A stretch of DNA of 64,000 nt from Bispira polyomma (taxonomy: Eukaryota): positions 34,038,001 through 34,102,000 of the forward strand of contig OZ287759.1 in NCBI GenBank assembly GCA_965649765.1. The letters are read 5' to 3'. The translations under genes and the position numbers were made by a program. A model generated the notes under the pieces. The model was not told where the DNA came from. It did not search any database and saw nothing but the letters and a program-made list of their open reading frames with translations. Positions 25,356 to 39,029 of this stretch are shown piece by piece. How positions within the stretch are numbered: the stretch's first letter is position 1; each line of letters opens with the position of its first letter.

Positions 25356-26299
25356 TAAAGTATAGACTTGGTGCAAACAAATGATCTTTTTTCATACATG
25401 ATTTTATTACACCAAGGAATCAAGTATCATCTAGAAATGAATATTTCTTGTATGTCCCTCAGAATTCAATGGTACAGAGAATACACTGGTACAGAGATAA
25501 AGCCGTGCCAGGAGGTACTAACAGGTCTTGTAACTTTTTTTTTACCTATGAAATTCGCTATTCCCTCTAGGGAAAATATACCCTCAAATGCTTTACATAC
25601 AAAGAAGTTGTAAACAGCACACCCAAGTAGTCCAACCCTTTATGGTTTAGTAACATAACATCAAATAAATCATGCTACATTTACGGTATCTAGTTAGTCT
25701 GTGGTCGTCTAAATTTCGAAATTTTGTTAACCATTTCAAAATATTTAATATTCTGTCCATAAATCATTTTCTATTTTTGCCAGCTTTTATGTGTTTTCTT
25801 ACTAATACGCCTGGGTCACATATTTCCGATTTGCTATTGGGTTTATATCTCTAATCATTGCAAATTGTTCCTTCCATGAATGTCTCAAGACGCTAGCATC
25901 CGGTTTAACCCCATAAACATGTTTCAACTTTTCAAAACAGCTGTGGCGAAGCCCAAAGCTTAGCATGTTTTATCGCAAAGGAATGCATCTATAATATGCA
26001 TCTATATGCGTCTAAACGTCTAAACATAGCAGTAAGTGTGCCTGGGACATATAGTTTTGAAACTATAAAAGTGTGTGCATTATTTAACAATTCCCATTTG
26101 AATTTGTCACATCCTAGAAAAGACTACACTAAACCCAACAATCTTCTTGTTTTTAAATTGACCATTAAATATTTGATTGAACCAGATGAATGTTTAGCAT
26201 GACAAATTTATCTAAAAAAGCCGAAAATATTTGGGATTTATGTATTTCTAGTCATTACAAATACTTTTTGGGGTCGATAATAGCTTCCCTAAAATAAAC

Positions 26300-27595
26300 A
26301 GTTTTATTTAGTGTAACCTAGCTACACATTTATAGTTCCTACAATACCAGACGTAGTCAGAGTGGTAGTAGTTTCCTTGTTGTTCCGAAGTTCCACCCAT
26401 CTACTCAAAAGTCGGTTAAACAGTTTGATCACAGCTTTGCTTTTGATGCTCCCATTGTTTGGAATGCTCTTCCTGATGTGATTCGTGCTTCCCCCTCACT
26501 AGCCTGTTTTAGAAAGCAACTTAAAACCCACTTGTACACTAAAGCATATGCACCTTAGTCTCGATCATCCCCCGGCGCACTCTATGGTGCTGACCCTTTT
26601 CTGTCCCTTGATTTTGGAAATTGGATAACTGTCTTTTGTGCTGGTGTGCGTTAGAGTCCCCTTTGTTAAGGTTTTAGTGACGTAAACACACAAAGACGTT
26701 GCCGATAAATCATACTGCATTTACGAATTTTAACCTTAGCACATATACCTACTACAGGGGACCTAAAATGGTTCTTTTATGCCCGTTTTACACATTTTTA
26801 TATGCAAATACAATTTAAAACTTTATTATTTATTGGTATAGTTATTTAAAAAGTCATATAACGATTTTTGTATTGTGACGTCACACAATTTGAATTTGTG
26901 TGGTGGAACGTCATATTTGTAAACAATTCTCGCAGAGAGCCCCTTCTATTGTGGCACAATACGAGTATTGATCCAGCATATATATAGATATAATATAGGC
27001 TAAACAACTCCAGAGAACATGTATATCAGTTTGAATGATTTACATTTTTCAATATGTTTTCAATAATTTTATCAGAACAAAGAATACAAACATCTTTCTG
27101 TTTGAAAGAGTGTAACTTTAATGTTTTTTTCTAAAATTATCGCCGTTTTTGTGCTTTTCTTAAAAACTAATTCATTCAAAATGATGCTGACGTTTTCCTT
27201 TTTCTGGTCATGCACAATACTCTAGTATTGATTTTTTCTTGGTAAGTGAAATGTGTCACGTTTGTAAAGCATGTACTTTAAAAATATTACCCATTTTAGT
27301 CACAATTTAACACACTGTTATATGCATTGTATGTCTCAAAATGCCTATTAAAATGACCTGTAAAATATATTAATTAGTATATAATTAAAATATATGTAAT
27401 TTTTTTATTATTTCTACTCAGGAAAATGTAAATATGTTATCCATAAATCGAGTTTAAGGCTACCAAAAAAGGTTGTGCAGTTTCTGAGAAGCTCGAACAC
27501 ATATAATGTGGATTAGCAGTGATTTTTTTCGTGTTTACGTTACTGAAGCCTTTAGGGGAGATTAAGCGCAATAAAAGTCAAATTACAATTACAAT
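26300..27595 (+). mobile_element. L2-like LINE 3' fragment, split in its tail by a MITE
   Basis: FLVVPKF...SFAFDAPIVWNALPDVIRASPSLACFRKQLKTHLYTKAY*. The tail resumes at 27555 (GGGGAGATTAAGCGCAATAAAAGTC, then ATTACA repeats). Same family as 16595-17530. Confidence 0.8.
26669..27551. mobile_element. Non-autonomous TIR element (PIF/Harbinger-like MITE) with TTA TSD
   Basis: TIR AGGYTTYAGTRACGTAAACAC at both ends. TTA at 26666-26668 and 27552-27554. Removal restores the LINE tail hairpin TCCCCT-TTGTT-AGGGGA. Confidence 0.82.
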
Positions 27596-30500
27596 ACCAG
27601 TTTTGACATGAAGAGCTTCTATCCTGTCACTAATATGTAAATGCGAATGGTTACTATTACATACTGATAACTTTCACAACAAAGCAAAACTTAACAACAC
27701 ATCTTTATTATACTACTCCAACGAACACGTTGGAGACTGCCAGCTACAGTTATATATTTACCACAAGTTGTGCATAGTGTCACATAATGTGAAAACTGTC
27801 ATAGATAGTGATGTATTGTCAGCGATATGCAACAAATGTGTTACAAACTCTTACTAGTTGTAAGCAAATGCTACGGATTGAAAGAAGGGCTCTCATTGAA
27901 CAACGGTCTGTCACATTCCGAAACCAAACTGATGCTAATAACCTTTTGAAACATTTTGCTAAAAAGTTGCTTATTTTTTAATTGTATGTTGGATAACTGA
28001 GTGCAAAGGTGATATTATGGCAGGCACTAAATCATCACAACCAAAATATCTCGACTCGATTTTTTTTTATGTGCCCCTATTTATTTGATCTGTTGAAAGC
28101 TGAAGGGTCACTGCTGGTCCAGGTTGGTGAATTGGTAACAAGACATCAGGGAGCAGTATGTTAAGAACACCAACATCAAGTCTGTTCCTGGAGTTGTGCC
28201 ACTGACAGACAGACATAAGCAGATCAGAAAAACTATGCAGTGGGTAAAGAAGGATTGGCCATGTATTAAGAATTTGGTACCTGCTGCATAGATATGTCCA
28301 GCCTCAAGGATACCTCTGTTTGTCGTGAAAATGAGACCAGACCGGTGTATAACTGACCATAAATTTGAAGGATTTTGGGATTTGTGCTGTGACATATATG
28401 TACACTGGTATATAATTATGTGGGAGGCAGGATTTAACTAGGTCAATGCATATGCAAGCAGAATGAGGCATAGTTTGGTATACATTCGAGGGCAGTGTAA
28501 AGGCATGGCCTATGTCAGTCCTGCACTACCTTAATTAAGTCAGTGTAGGGTATTGGGATATTTAGAAAACTGGTAAAGAATGTAAACATCCCTCCCTGTT
28601 GTTGAGCTAAATTGTTTTATGTTAGATGCTGATTGGCTAAGCCACGATCAGGGCCGGCCTAATTATTTTTATTATTTGATTCCTTGCAAAATTCTGGAGT
28701 AAAAAAACAAGATGTGAAGTGGTCAAAACAGAGCTCCTACTAAAAAAAATTATATCTAGACATTTGGAAGACATTTGATTTATAAAGTTGCATTACAATT
28801 TATCTCTTACTATCACTTTCAAAGAAGTAGAGTACACTCATACTTTGTATCATTGCATTTGTATCAAGACATATGTTTTATTTTACTATAATGACTAGCC
28901 GACATTATTTAACAACAACATCTAAATTTTGCTTATAAATGTAATCATACACAGGATAAATTTTACAGCACTAATTTAAAGCCGTGACACTTACCAGCCA
29001 AGATTTTTCTGTTGTGTAACAAGTTTTTATTCTGTTATGTAAAATGTTTTATTCTGTTATATAACATGTTTTTATTCTGTCATGAAACAGGTTTTTCATA
29101 CATCAGTTTTTTGTATGTAAAGCACCGTGTATAAAAAGCACATGTGTAAAAAAACAGAACCCTTTAGTAATATTTTAGTGAGTAGTGTCATGGAGTTAGT
29201 AACGTAAACACAAAAAAACGATCGACGCTAAACATCCTGTACACCCTTCCCAAACGTGACACATTACACAAAAACAACATTTACTTGTTTTCATTAATAG
29301 CCCCTTAAGTCGGATGCTATTTTGTGGTTCTGTTCCTCTCCCTGTGAAAAAAGGAACACACAAGTGAGGCAAGGGGGAATCGCCCCTGACTCTTCTATCA
29401 GTGGCTGTTTTTATTTTGAAATTTACATATCTTTGATAAAATCCCAAAATATACTTGCGCAAAAAAAAAAAAGGAATGGCTATAAAAACCACATCAGGTA
29501 ATACAGTCCCCTGATACAATTTTTTTTTTTGAAAGGGGAAGAAGTTAAATTGATAAATAAGAAGAAGGTATTAAAACACAAGTTTTGGGTTTTTATTTTT
29601 ACCACTCTACATGTTAGTAAAATATAGTATAAAGAAATGGTTGTAAATATAAAATTTTACCATAAAATATAGACCCAACGGTCGTATACTAAGAGCCAAA
29701 CAGCAATTAAAAAAATAAGTAAAAATAACTTTAAGTCCAAACGTGGCTACAAATATTATATTTGTTATTACAGTTAGCATAGAACGTAATAATAGTTTAG
29801 CATTCATAACTGTTTGTTTACATAACTAAAATATATAAAACACACAATTGAGTTATCATTGCACCATGAAGTATGATTCATAAGCATCCTATGACAACTT
29901 ATAATCTTGATTTAACAAAAGCATATAACATCATGTATGTTTGAACAATAACACAAAAGTATGTTCAGACTAAAATTTACAGGCGTGTTCTAAACAAGCC
30001 CTGAAAAGTCCGATAGCAAAAGGGTGACTTTTGGCGGAATCCCTTGTATGTTTGTCTTTTGACTATTTATCAAGGAATTTTAAATATGCGCTTTTTTAAA
30101 AGTGTAGAATTTACTCTTAAAAATATGAACTTGTTCAAGATTGCAAGATGGACCGTGGAGTTAATGTTATCGACATTTGATAAATAACTCTATGCAATGT
30201 CTTTTTACGGAGATATTTAGACTTAGTTGGGGTGGAGCGGTTGGGTTTGGGAGAGGGAGGGACTAACAACTATAAATAAATAATGCTAGACACGAGATCT
30301 TAAACACAGCAGATGCACCCAGTACAGAGATCAGTCTATTTAATTCTGCTAACAGGATAATTGGCTGCTTTGTACATGCTTGTCTACAACAAAAGTATTT
30401 TTGTATAAACCTAATGAAGATATTGAAAAAGTTTATTTCTTACTATGTTAAATATACAACATATATCCCCCAGCTCAGTACCTTTCCCCCTAGCCCTAAG

Positions 30501-32472
30501 ATAGGACGTTAGTGAAAATTGTGTATCCAACTGCTAGAAGTACATAAAGTCTTATCTTAGGACTACTCCACTAAATGGGTCCTATGTACGTATATTTATT
30601 TCAAATATAGATGCCTAACTGGGGCCACATGTACTTAAGAGCTCCACAGGAATAGTTCAGTTGTTTCATGGTTATATGGCAAATATTAAAAACACACATA
30701 CATCTATGTAAATACCTAAATCTCTCCACCACACTCGCATTAAATCAAGCAGGGAGCATCAAATACTTCTTTTACTAATACTAAGCATTACCATATTTGA
30801 TGCATTTCTATATCGGTGCAACCAACTTTCATATTAGGTGGACGAAAAAGACTGTTTAATATACTTACAAATACATAATAACAGATTGTGACAGTGCCCT
30901 CTGAATGACCTATGCCTTCATTAAAGGCGAAAGAGTTGTTTGTATTTTGTGTCTAAGTCTAATATTTAATACTTAAGTTTACTTATTAGTATTTCCAAAA
31001 TTGTTAAAAACAAAAGTACTGCAATTATGGCTTGCCAACCATTTTCAATTCCCTTTCTAAAACATTTTTGGTGTCTGAGGCTATATTCATAAAGATTCTT
31101 ATTCTTGGAATGTTCTTTGAAATTTGACTAAGAAATTTCTAAGAAAAATTCTAAGAATAACTGGCATATCGAATTATGGCAACCTTGGCACAGCAGATTT
31201 ATGAAATTTAACCTGAACTGTAAATTTAATCTACAAAACTAGTAAGAAATAGTGTAAATGAAATAATTCTGCAACCAATATTTTCAGCTCCATCGCCTGA
31301 ACTTGAGGTCACTGTTAACAAAAACTAAGAAACATATAGTAAAATATAGTTAATCAATCTACCTGAAGACAGTGATTATCTGATTGTAAAAGTTTTTATG
31401 AAACACTTCAAACATAGACATAAAGTTTAGCCCAGGCTTGAACTATATGTTCTGTCTGAAAAATTCATTCAATTGAACATGTGTTAGCTTTAGTTTTTTC
31501 AAATATGGGCATTAATAAAATATTAAATATTACACCAACACTGGTTTACATTTAATTTTGTTGTGGTAAACTGGTGCTCAAAACAAATATCAAATTAAAG
31601 AGCTCTTATTTTGCTGGTGGTTTTGTAAGAGCAACTCCGGTTACATAGTACACAATGTTGAGTTCTATATGAGCCTGCTTATTATTGCTTTGCATTGAAG
31701 AAACCATTATAGGGGTGTACTGCAGCTTGGTTTAGGAAACATCAGTGTATCTTTATACGGCAGACACCGGGTTACCTCCATATATATTAACTTCGTAAAA
31801 AGCCCAGTAAATTGGTAAGTGAGACTCTCATTAAATATATTAATAACAACAGCTAATTCGGTGAGTCAGACTTCACTTAGCATCAGGCCCTGCCACCCAA
31901 GGAAGATGAAACTCAAGAGATAGGACAATTGAGGTTCACTAGTTTATTATACATACATTCATAACTACCACTACAATTTATTTACACATCCACAGTGCCC
32001 CCCCTTGCTGTGAAGTGACCTTGGAATTGATAAGAGGTGAGTGGGAGTATTAATTTTATTTCTATGTTAAACAACTAAATTATTTACACACTTTAGAGTT
32101 AAGCATTTACTAAGTTTAATTAAAGGCCACCCTAAGGCCAAGCTTAGTTAAGTTTAAGTAAGCCCTAAGTGGGCCATAGTTCAAGGTAGCCTTACCGTGG
32201 CTTTAAGGCAGGGAAAAGGTAAGCTTGGCCTAACCTAGTTTAAGGCTAGGTAGAGTTTAAGGTTAGCATTACCAGTTTAAGGTAGCCTTAACCTGAGTTT
32301 AAAGTTAAGGGAAGAATTTGAGTTGAGGTCACCTTAACCTTGGGTTTAAGGCTAGGTGATTTATGATTTAAGGAGCTTAGGGTGACCTTAAACTAAATAC
32401 AATATGAGAATGTTTACATTATGACTATTTACATATAGATTAGATATTACAAAATAGAGCACCAAAGCCCAA

Positions 32473-33432
32473 TTAGGAAGTAGGAGTTGTGAGAAGGGTT
32501 TGAAAGGAGAGGGCCACTTTATCGGATGCCTTGTGGTCAGAGGTCACGTAACGCTAAACGCAGTCAGATGTCCATGTTCCATGACTCTGGATGTCCTGCA
32601 AGGGGACATTGTTGTTAAAAGCCATGGTCGCGCCAGAGCAGCGAAAGTCATGGAATGTGATGGGGGATTCATTCAAACCCAATCTGATGAGTATTGTATG
32701 GAGGTTTCTACGCAGTCTTGAGTCTGTGAGCCCAAGAGGCATTTTGCTTGTACTGAAATAAGGGATCATTTTTTGAGCCAGGGGTGATGCCCAGGATGTT
32801 TCTAATAGCTGTCACTGGACATATAGGTGAGTTAAGAAGGGCAGGAACTTTAAGGACCCTGACTGTGTTCTTGGTCTGAAGTGTTTTGGCCCATTTGATG
32901 ATAATGTGGAGACCAGGAGGAGCAAAAAGCACATCTGCCCTGGCCAGCTGATGAAGGGGAGAGTTAGTAGAGGAGGAGTGAGGTACAAGATTAGAAATCC
33001 TAAGGAAGGCAAAGAATGCCAGGAGATAAGCTCCTTTGAAAACTTGCCCCATATACATTGAGTCACATACCTTACTTATGAGAGTTAAGAGATCAATGTC
33101 AATAATTTTGTGGATTTTTACCTTGAATGGTCTGTGTAATGTGAGGGCTTTACTGAAATATTTAATACGTGGGTCATTAAAAGGTGTAGTGTCTAACCCA
33201 TAGATTGAAAATTTTGCTTTTATGGCTGCCATGTGATTAACAATAGAGGAATGAGACATTTTTCCCACTGCCAAAAATTCCAGGAATGACAAGAGCAGCA
33301 GAGGAGTTGTATCTTGAATTTTTATTTGAATAAGCCAAGAATAGCCTGAACATTGTTGGGTTGTAGGTCTAAATGCCTGATGGACTCTTTTGGCTGCCTG
33401 AGCTGCTAGGAGTGCTGCCAGGGAAGGGAGAC
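32473..33432 (-). pseudogene. Element B tyrosine recombinase (frameshifted)
   Basis: AFLRISNLVP, IKWAKT, ICPV, FHDFRCSGA, SHGTWTSDCV. Begins at acceptor TTTCAG|G. Confidence 0.92.
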
Positions 33433-33444
33433 CTGAAATGTATT

Positions 33445-35907
33445 ATATACGCCAGTAAATGTCCAGTAATTGGTCTGGAACGTTCACCCATTCAGGGTGG
33501 GGTATAATTTATCTTAATTTGTACTCGTTATGAGCTGTCATGTGCCATCTTGATAAGAGATCAGCAGCTTGATTGTTTTTACCTAATATATGGACTGTTC
33601 TTAAATTTATATCGGCGCCCGCCACTTCCATCAGGATGTTGCGCGCAATGGCTGCCAATGTTAGATCTTTAGTCCTGCCTGAGGTGAGGATGGACACCAC
33701 TGCTTGGTTATCGCAGTGGACCATAAGTGTTTTGCCTGCCCAGAGGTGTTTCCACAATCTGACTGCCACCAGGATGTTTAACATCTCAAGGTGGACGATG
33801 GTAAAATTTAGATAGCCCTGAGGGACTTAGTGTACACTAAACTGTTACATTTACCGCCCAGGCCTGTGAGGCATGCATCTAGCTCTATATGATCGGTGAC
33901 TGGGGCATGGTCAAAGAATGCCACCCCATTAAATTTACTGAAAAATTTGTCAAACCATCAGAGGTCCTGAAAGAATTGCACATCTAGTTTAACATTACAT
34001 TCATCACTTATATTGCGTAATATGTCAAGCATACGATTTAAAAATGCCCTGGCTACTCTGAGACATTTAGCCACATACAGTAGTGAACCCAAGAGTGATT
34101 GCACTTCTCTTTTTGTGCATTTGGTCTTACTCAGCCAGGTTTTACACAATTGAATAGTGTCAGCTAATTTCTGGGGAGGGACCTCAATTGTAAATTTCTG
34201 TGTGTCTACTAGCACGCCTAAGCAATTGACCCTATTGGTAGGTGTTACTATCTTTTTCTTGCTGATTTCAAAGCCTAATTCTTGCAAGAGCTTGTACAGG
34301 TTGTCATATGAATTGTGGGTGTCGTCGTACATCCCGTATCCGATGACGTCATCGACATAATTGATGACATCATAGCCGCGTCCGTGCATGACGTAATGCA
34401 CGGCGTCACTGAGGTGTTGAAAAATGGCGCTTCCGTGCCTGTAGCCAAACGGCAGGCACGTATCTATATAGTAGTCGTCCATTTTGAGTCCGAGAAGGTC
34501 ATAATCTGCCGGATCAATCTTTACATGTCGGAATGCCCGACTTATGTCTAGCTTGTATATGAGGGTGCCTTTTCCGAGTTTTGCTACTTTGTCTGTTATG
34601 TGATCGACTGTTGGTAGAGTTAGAAGGAAATCAGTGCCTAGATATTTGCTCTTTTCAATTGCAGCATTGACCGATTTACCTTTTGGAAAACTCAGACCTA
34701 TTATTACCCGACGATGAGCTGCACCAGGCTTCTCCCTAGTCATGAATGGTGAGATATGTAAAGAGGAGATGGGAGGGGTGCTAAATGGCCCCATTATTGC
34801 CCCATGTTCTTTTTCCTCAGCCAAATATGCTCGAACATCATTGGGAAATTCTGTAGCCGACTTGTGATTTTCTTCAACATGGCTGAGTTCCCTTTGTCGG
34901 TCAAAGTCTAAGGGGAAACCATATTTTATCAAATAAATAAGCTGGGTGTCCCAGTAGTTACTAAGTTCACGTTGCCAGACATCCGGATTTAATTCCGATT
35001 TTAGGAGAATTTGTTCACCCATGTAATTTGGCTTACCACTGTTGTGCACTGTGTGGTGGATTTGGAGTGGTGTATCCTTACTGGATTTTTGTTTGTTGAA
35101 AGCAGGCAATGTTAAGTCACCAAGAGGTATAAAACCGAACTTACCGTGTGTTTGCTTATTCCATAGCTTGTAAACAGAGTTACTGCTAGCTTGTGCAATT
35201 GTATCCCTATGTCGGACTTTAACTTGTAACTGCAAGTCATATTTGTCTTCACTACTAGTGAGTGTATTTTGTTCTAAAATACTGTGTCCCCTTGTACTGG
35301 TATCAGTACTTGTGTTTTTTTCAGTGTTCCCCATATTTGGGTCAGTGTTCACCCCATCCCCTCTATGTTCTACCAAGGGTGCAAACCTATTGTGGGAACT
35401 CAGACATTGTTCTGTTGTCTGACCTATTTTGGTTGCATAACTCTTGTTGATGTTTGGTCTGTTTACACGGGGTTTAGTTGGTTTATCAGTCTTACCGTAT
35501 TGCTTGTTGCGGCTGCACTGCAATAGGTGCCTTTTTACATTATTTTGACATACATTATGTACACAATTTTTTGTCAACTGGCTTTCAACCAGGTGACATT
35601 TGTTCACATTATTATTGTACAATACAATGTTAACTTTTTTAGATACATTATTTACAGTTTTACAGTCCAAGTGGCAACTGGAATTAGGCTTTTGACTGAC
35701 CTTATTAATTTTTACAATATCAGCGTATGTTTTGCAATTTACTCTTGCCCAATCCACCTTCCAATTGTCACTTGCTGCAGCTGCAACCACCCCATTGGTT
35801 ATTATCCTGGAGTAAAAATTGGGCACTGCAGACTTACATCTTTCATTGATTGGTTTTTGATGGTTAGACCCGCAGGCCTCACAGTCATATGTCTTCCTAG
35901 GAGCCAT
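33445..35907 (-). pseudogene. Element B RT/RNase H, fused in frame to the ORF1 N-terminal zinc motif
   Basis: MAPRKTYDCEACGSNHQKPINERC joined to the pol N-terminus. IKYGFPL, ISPFMTREK, KLDISRAFR, PFGYRHGS, YVDD, then HCDNQAVV and NQAADLLSR. Confidence 0.9.
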
Positions 35908-37271
35908 AATACACTCTAGGTAGCTATTAGTCACTTTACGGTAATGTTTTATTTGAAGAATGTCTTTTCCACTACTTAATGAATACCCTGTATTCAGCCT
36001 AGATTTTGTTTCACACCTTGGTGTGGATTGTCACAATTGGGAATGTTTGTGGTTTCGTGGTACACCGTGTGTTAACTGTTTTTATATGTAATCACAAACA
36101 ATTGTACATGATTCTCCTGCGCCATGATTTAAATACAGACACCAGTGTAGTTCAATGTTTTCTGTGTAAATTATTGCGCCATCGTGCACTCGATTGCACT
36201 GATATAAATATATAGTCTAGTTAGTTTTACTGAAAATAGAAATATAGCACAATGTGCTTAGATTTCTGCGTATACATGGAATGAGGGTGTGTTTGTAAAT
36301 TTAATGTAAAAATGCTTTAAAATATTAAATTCTAGCAGTTAAGATAACATAAATCACAGTATACAGCCCTCATTCATAGCCCCAACAAGTAGAGCAGTAT
36401 GCGCATAAATCCAAGCATAAGCAGCTTATAACATGTCAGGAACTCCACAGCAGGATCTCCGTGTGATTTAGTCCAAGAAAGCACATAAAATCTCCAGGTA
36501 AATCCTTTGGAAACACAAAATAAAAGTTCCTTAAAATTTGAAATTGTCAATTTGAAATTATTTAACATAAAATGGCGTCTGCCCTTCTGACTTATAAGTT
36601 AAAAAGTGGGATATTCCACACTTTTGGCGGGACATAATTAATTAATTAGTAAAGTGGACCACCCACCAACGAATCAGAACCCAGGTCAGTGGAACAAGAG
36701 TGTTTATCTTATTAAGAATGTAGGACAACAAGAGGGCACTGAATATACTAGCCGCGTGGGCTACCTTCCATTGTTATACACACTTGAATTGATTGTACAC
36801 ATTTATGTTAATACATATAATTTATTTGTAACAACCTTAAACTGATCTTCAAATTAAGGTTGGTATGGTGACCCACTAAGGTCACCTTAACTTAAAACCT
36901 TTTACTGACCTTCAAGTTAAGGTTGGCTTAAGTACCAGCTAAGATTACCTTAACTTAAAACACTTGGAGTTTGAGGGGACCTTAATATTCCCTTTGTTTT
37001 ACATACTTGATACAGTTATTTAATATGAGGTGAAGTTCAGATACGTATAATTCTGAACATATTGAGTATTAAAATACAATTACTGACTATAACAATAGGA
37101 TTATATAACAATAAATTTTCCTTCTATATACTAAAAGTTGTGAATAAAATAACAGAGTAAAACCACATAATATAAGTTGCTAGACTAAAAACATTTTGCA
37201 ACACAATTTGCTACATATATCCTGACGTTTAGACATACTCTGCCTCACACATAGGGAATTGGGAGAGTGGG

Positions 37272-37501
37272 CACATAAATCACAACTGACTCCTTCATTA
37301 AGTCAGTTTGAACTGACTTGTTTATCCCTTATTCTTAAGCAAGAGCCAGTCTTGTCCAATTAGCTTCGTTGTATACCTAGTTACCTAGTGATAGGGGGGG
37401 GGGATTCTAACCCATGTCATAATTAACCAGTTAGCCTGGTCTCCTAAGAATTTAGATTTGCGTTGGAGGCCTGACCCCTGTGATGCCTAGACACCACTGC
37501 C
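37272..37501 (-). repeat. Element C repeat A2
   Basis: Near-identical to 42808-43039. Confidence 0.95.
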
Positions 37502-37503
37502 GA

Positions 37504-37967
37504 CAGGCCCTGCCACCCAAGGAAGATGAAACTCAAGAAATAGGACAATTGAGGTTCACTAGTTTATTATACACACATTCATAACTACCACTACAATTTA
37601 TTTACACTTCCATTGTTATACACACTTGAATTGATTATACACATTTATGTTAATACATATAATTTATTTGTAACAACCTTAAACTGATCTTCAAGTTAAG
37701 GTTGGTATGGTGATCCACTAAGGTCACCTTAACTTAAAACCTTTTACTGACCTTCAAGTTAAGGTTGGCTTAAGTACCAACTAAGATTACCATAACTTTA
37801 AACATTTTGAGTTTAAGGGGACCTTAATGTTCCCTTTGTTCTACATTTACTTGATACAGTTATTTAATATGAGGTGAAGTTCAGATACGTATAATTCTGA
37901 ACATATTGAGTATTAAAATACAATTACTGACTATAACAATAGGATTACATAACAATATATTTTCCCT
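37504..37967 (-). repeat. Element C repeat B1
   Basis: High identity to 36766-37122 plus 31884-31987. Confidence 0.93.
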
Positions 37968-38005
37968 CAAACCCAACAGTAGGGTAGTGTGCATGTATGA
38001 GCCCT

Positions 38006-38979
38006 TTATGATAATATAGCTTGGAAAGAGAGAGCAACCTGCTCCCCGAGTTTTTGATCTGCCTGAATGTAAGTCCACACACAGTCCGACGTCCAGGTGC
38101 CCTGATGCTTAATTTGTTGGATTGGTATGTTTGCATTATAAGCAAACGAGGCACCTGAACGTCGGAAAGTATGGAAAGAGAAGAAATGTGGATCTAATCC
38201 CATTTGTACATTGATTTTTGAGAGGGTTTTTCTGATACGAGAATCAGTCATGACTTGCCACCCTGTGGCCGTCCTATATTGAAATAGTGGCTCATGCTTT
38301 TGAGGGTTATAGAGCTGGAATACCTCATGCAGTGCTTTGTATGGACAGAGTTTTGATTGACCTAGTTTTGGGAGACTAATAATGCTAACTTTATTCCTGT
38401 CCTGCATTGTCTTAGTCCATTTAATGAGTACTTTGACCAGATTTTTTGTGAAGAAGATATCCCCACCTGGTAAGTGCCTAGTGCTGTCAAACGTGTTTAG
38501 AGAATGAGGAGCAAGGTTGAAGACTCTGAAAAACCCGAAAAATGCTGTTAAGAACACAGCTTTGAACACTTTGCCCTGAGGTATTCGCTCACATAGTGAA
38601 ACCAGTGTTTTTAACATTTCTACATCCATTATATATCTTCTAGTTACTGAAACAGGCCTGTTTATCCTAACTGCTTTCACAAAATATTTCACTTTTGGGT
38701 GTTCCAGGCATTTATAGGGTAAATCATACATGATACATTTTGCTTTAATTGCTGAGAGGTGATTACTTATCATGTGAACTGAAACTCCACTTGCTACTAG
38801 ACATTCCAGAAAAGCTAAAACCACTTTAGTTTTGATTTTTGACAATTTAACTTTAGCATATAAACAGAACGAGACAAAGTTCTTGAAAAGCATATTATAA
38901 CATTGCTGTGTCTTTGGTCTGAATGCCTGTTGCAACCTTGCACCTGCTTGACCCGACAGCTTTGCTACCACAGTGTGAT
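38006..38979 (-). CDS. Element C tyrosine recombinase, uninterrupted frame (~325 aa)
   Basis: Catalytic set visible: FFR, IKWTKT, FHTFRRSGA, HQGTW, VWTY. Frame begins at acceptor TTTGTTGTAG|A. Confidence 0.93.
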
Positions 38980-39029
38980 CTACAACAAAGTATAGCACCG
39001 TTAAATATCAGTTTATGTTGATACTGTTA

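Larger units (their letters stand above)
31988..36765 (-). mobile_element. YR retrotransposon B, nested in the B2 repeat of element C; most of ORF1 deleted
   Basis: The intact B1 copy reads TTTACAC|TTCCATTG; in B2 these halves are separated by this 4778-bp unit. On its own strand it starts GGTAGCCCAC. Contains RT, RNase H and YR. Confidence 0.9.

Noticed and set aside
28108-28395. 95-aa ORF as a host exon or LINE remnant
   Set aside because: No recognisable motif or convincing splice context.
29191-29215. Second MITE related to 26669-27551 (AGTAACGTAAACAC)
   Set aside because: Only one TIR-like end found, with no partner or TSD.
38006-38998. Phage integrase or bacterial contamination
   Set aside because: The YR is linked to DIRS-type RT/RNase H, split repeats and spliceosomal signals.
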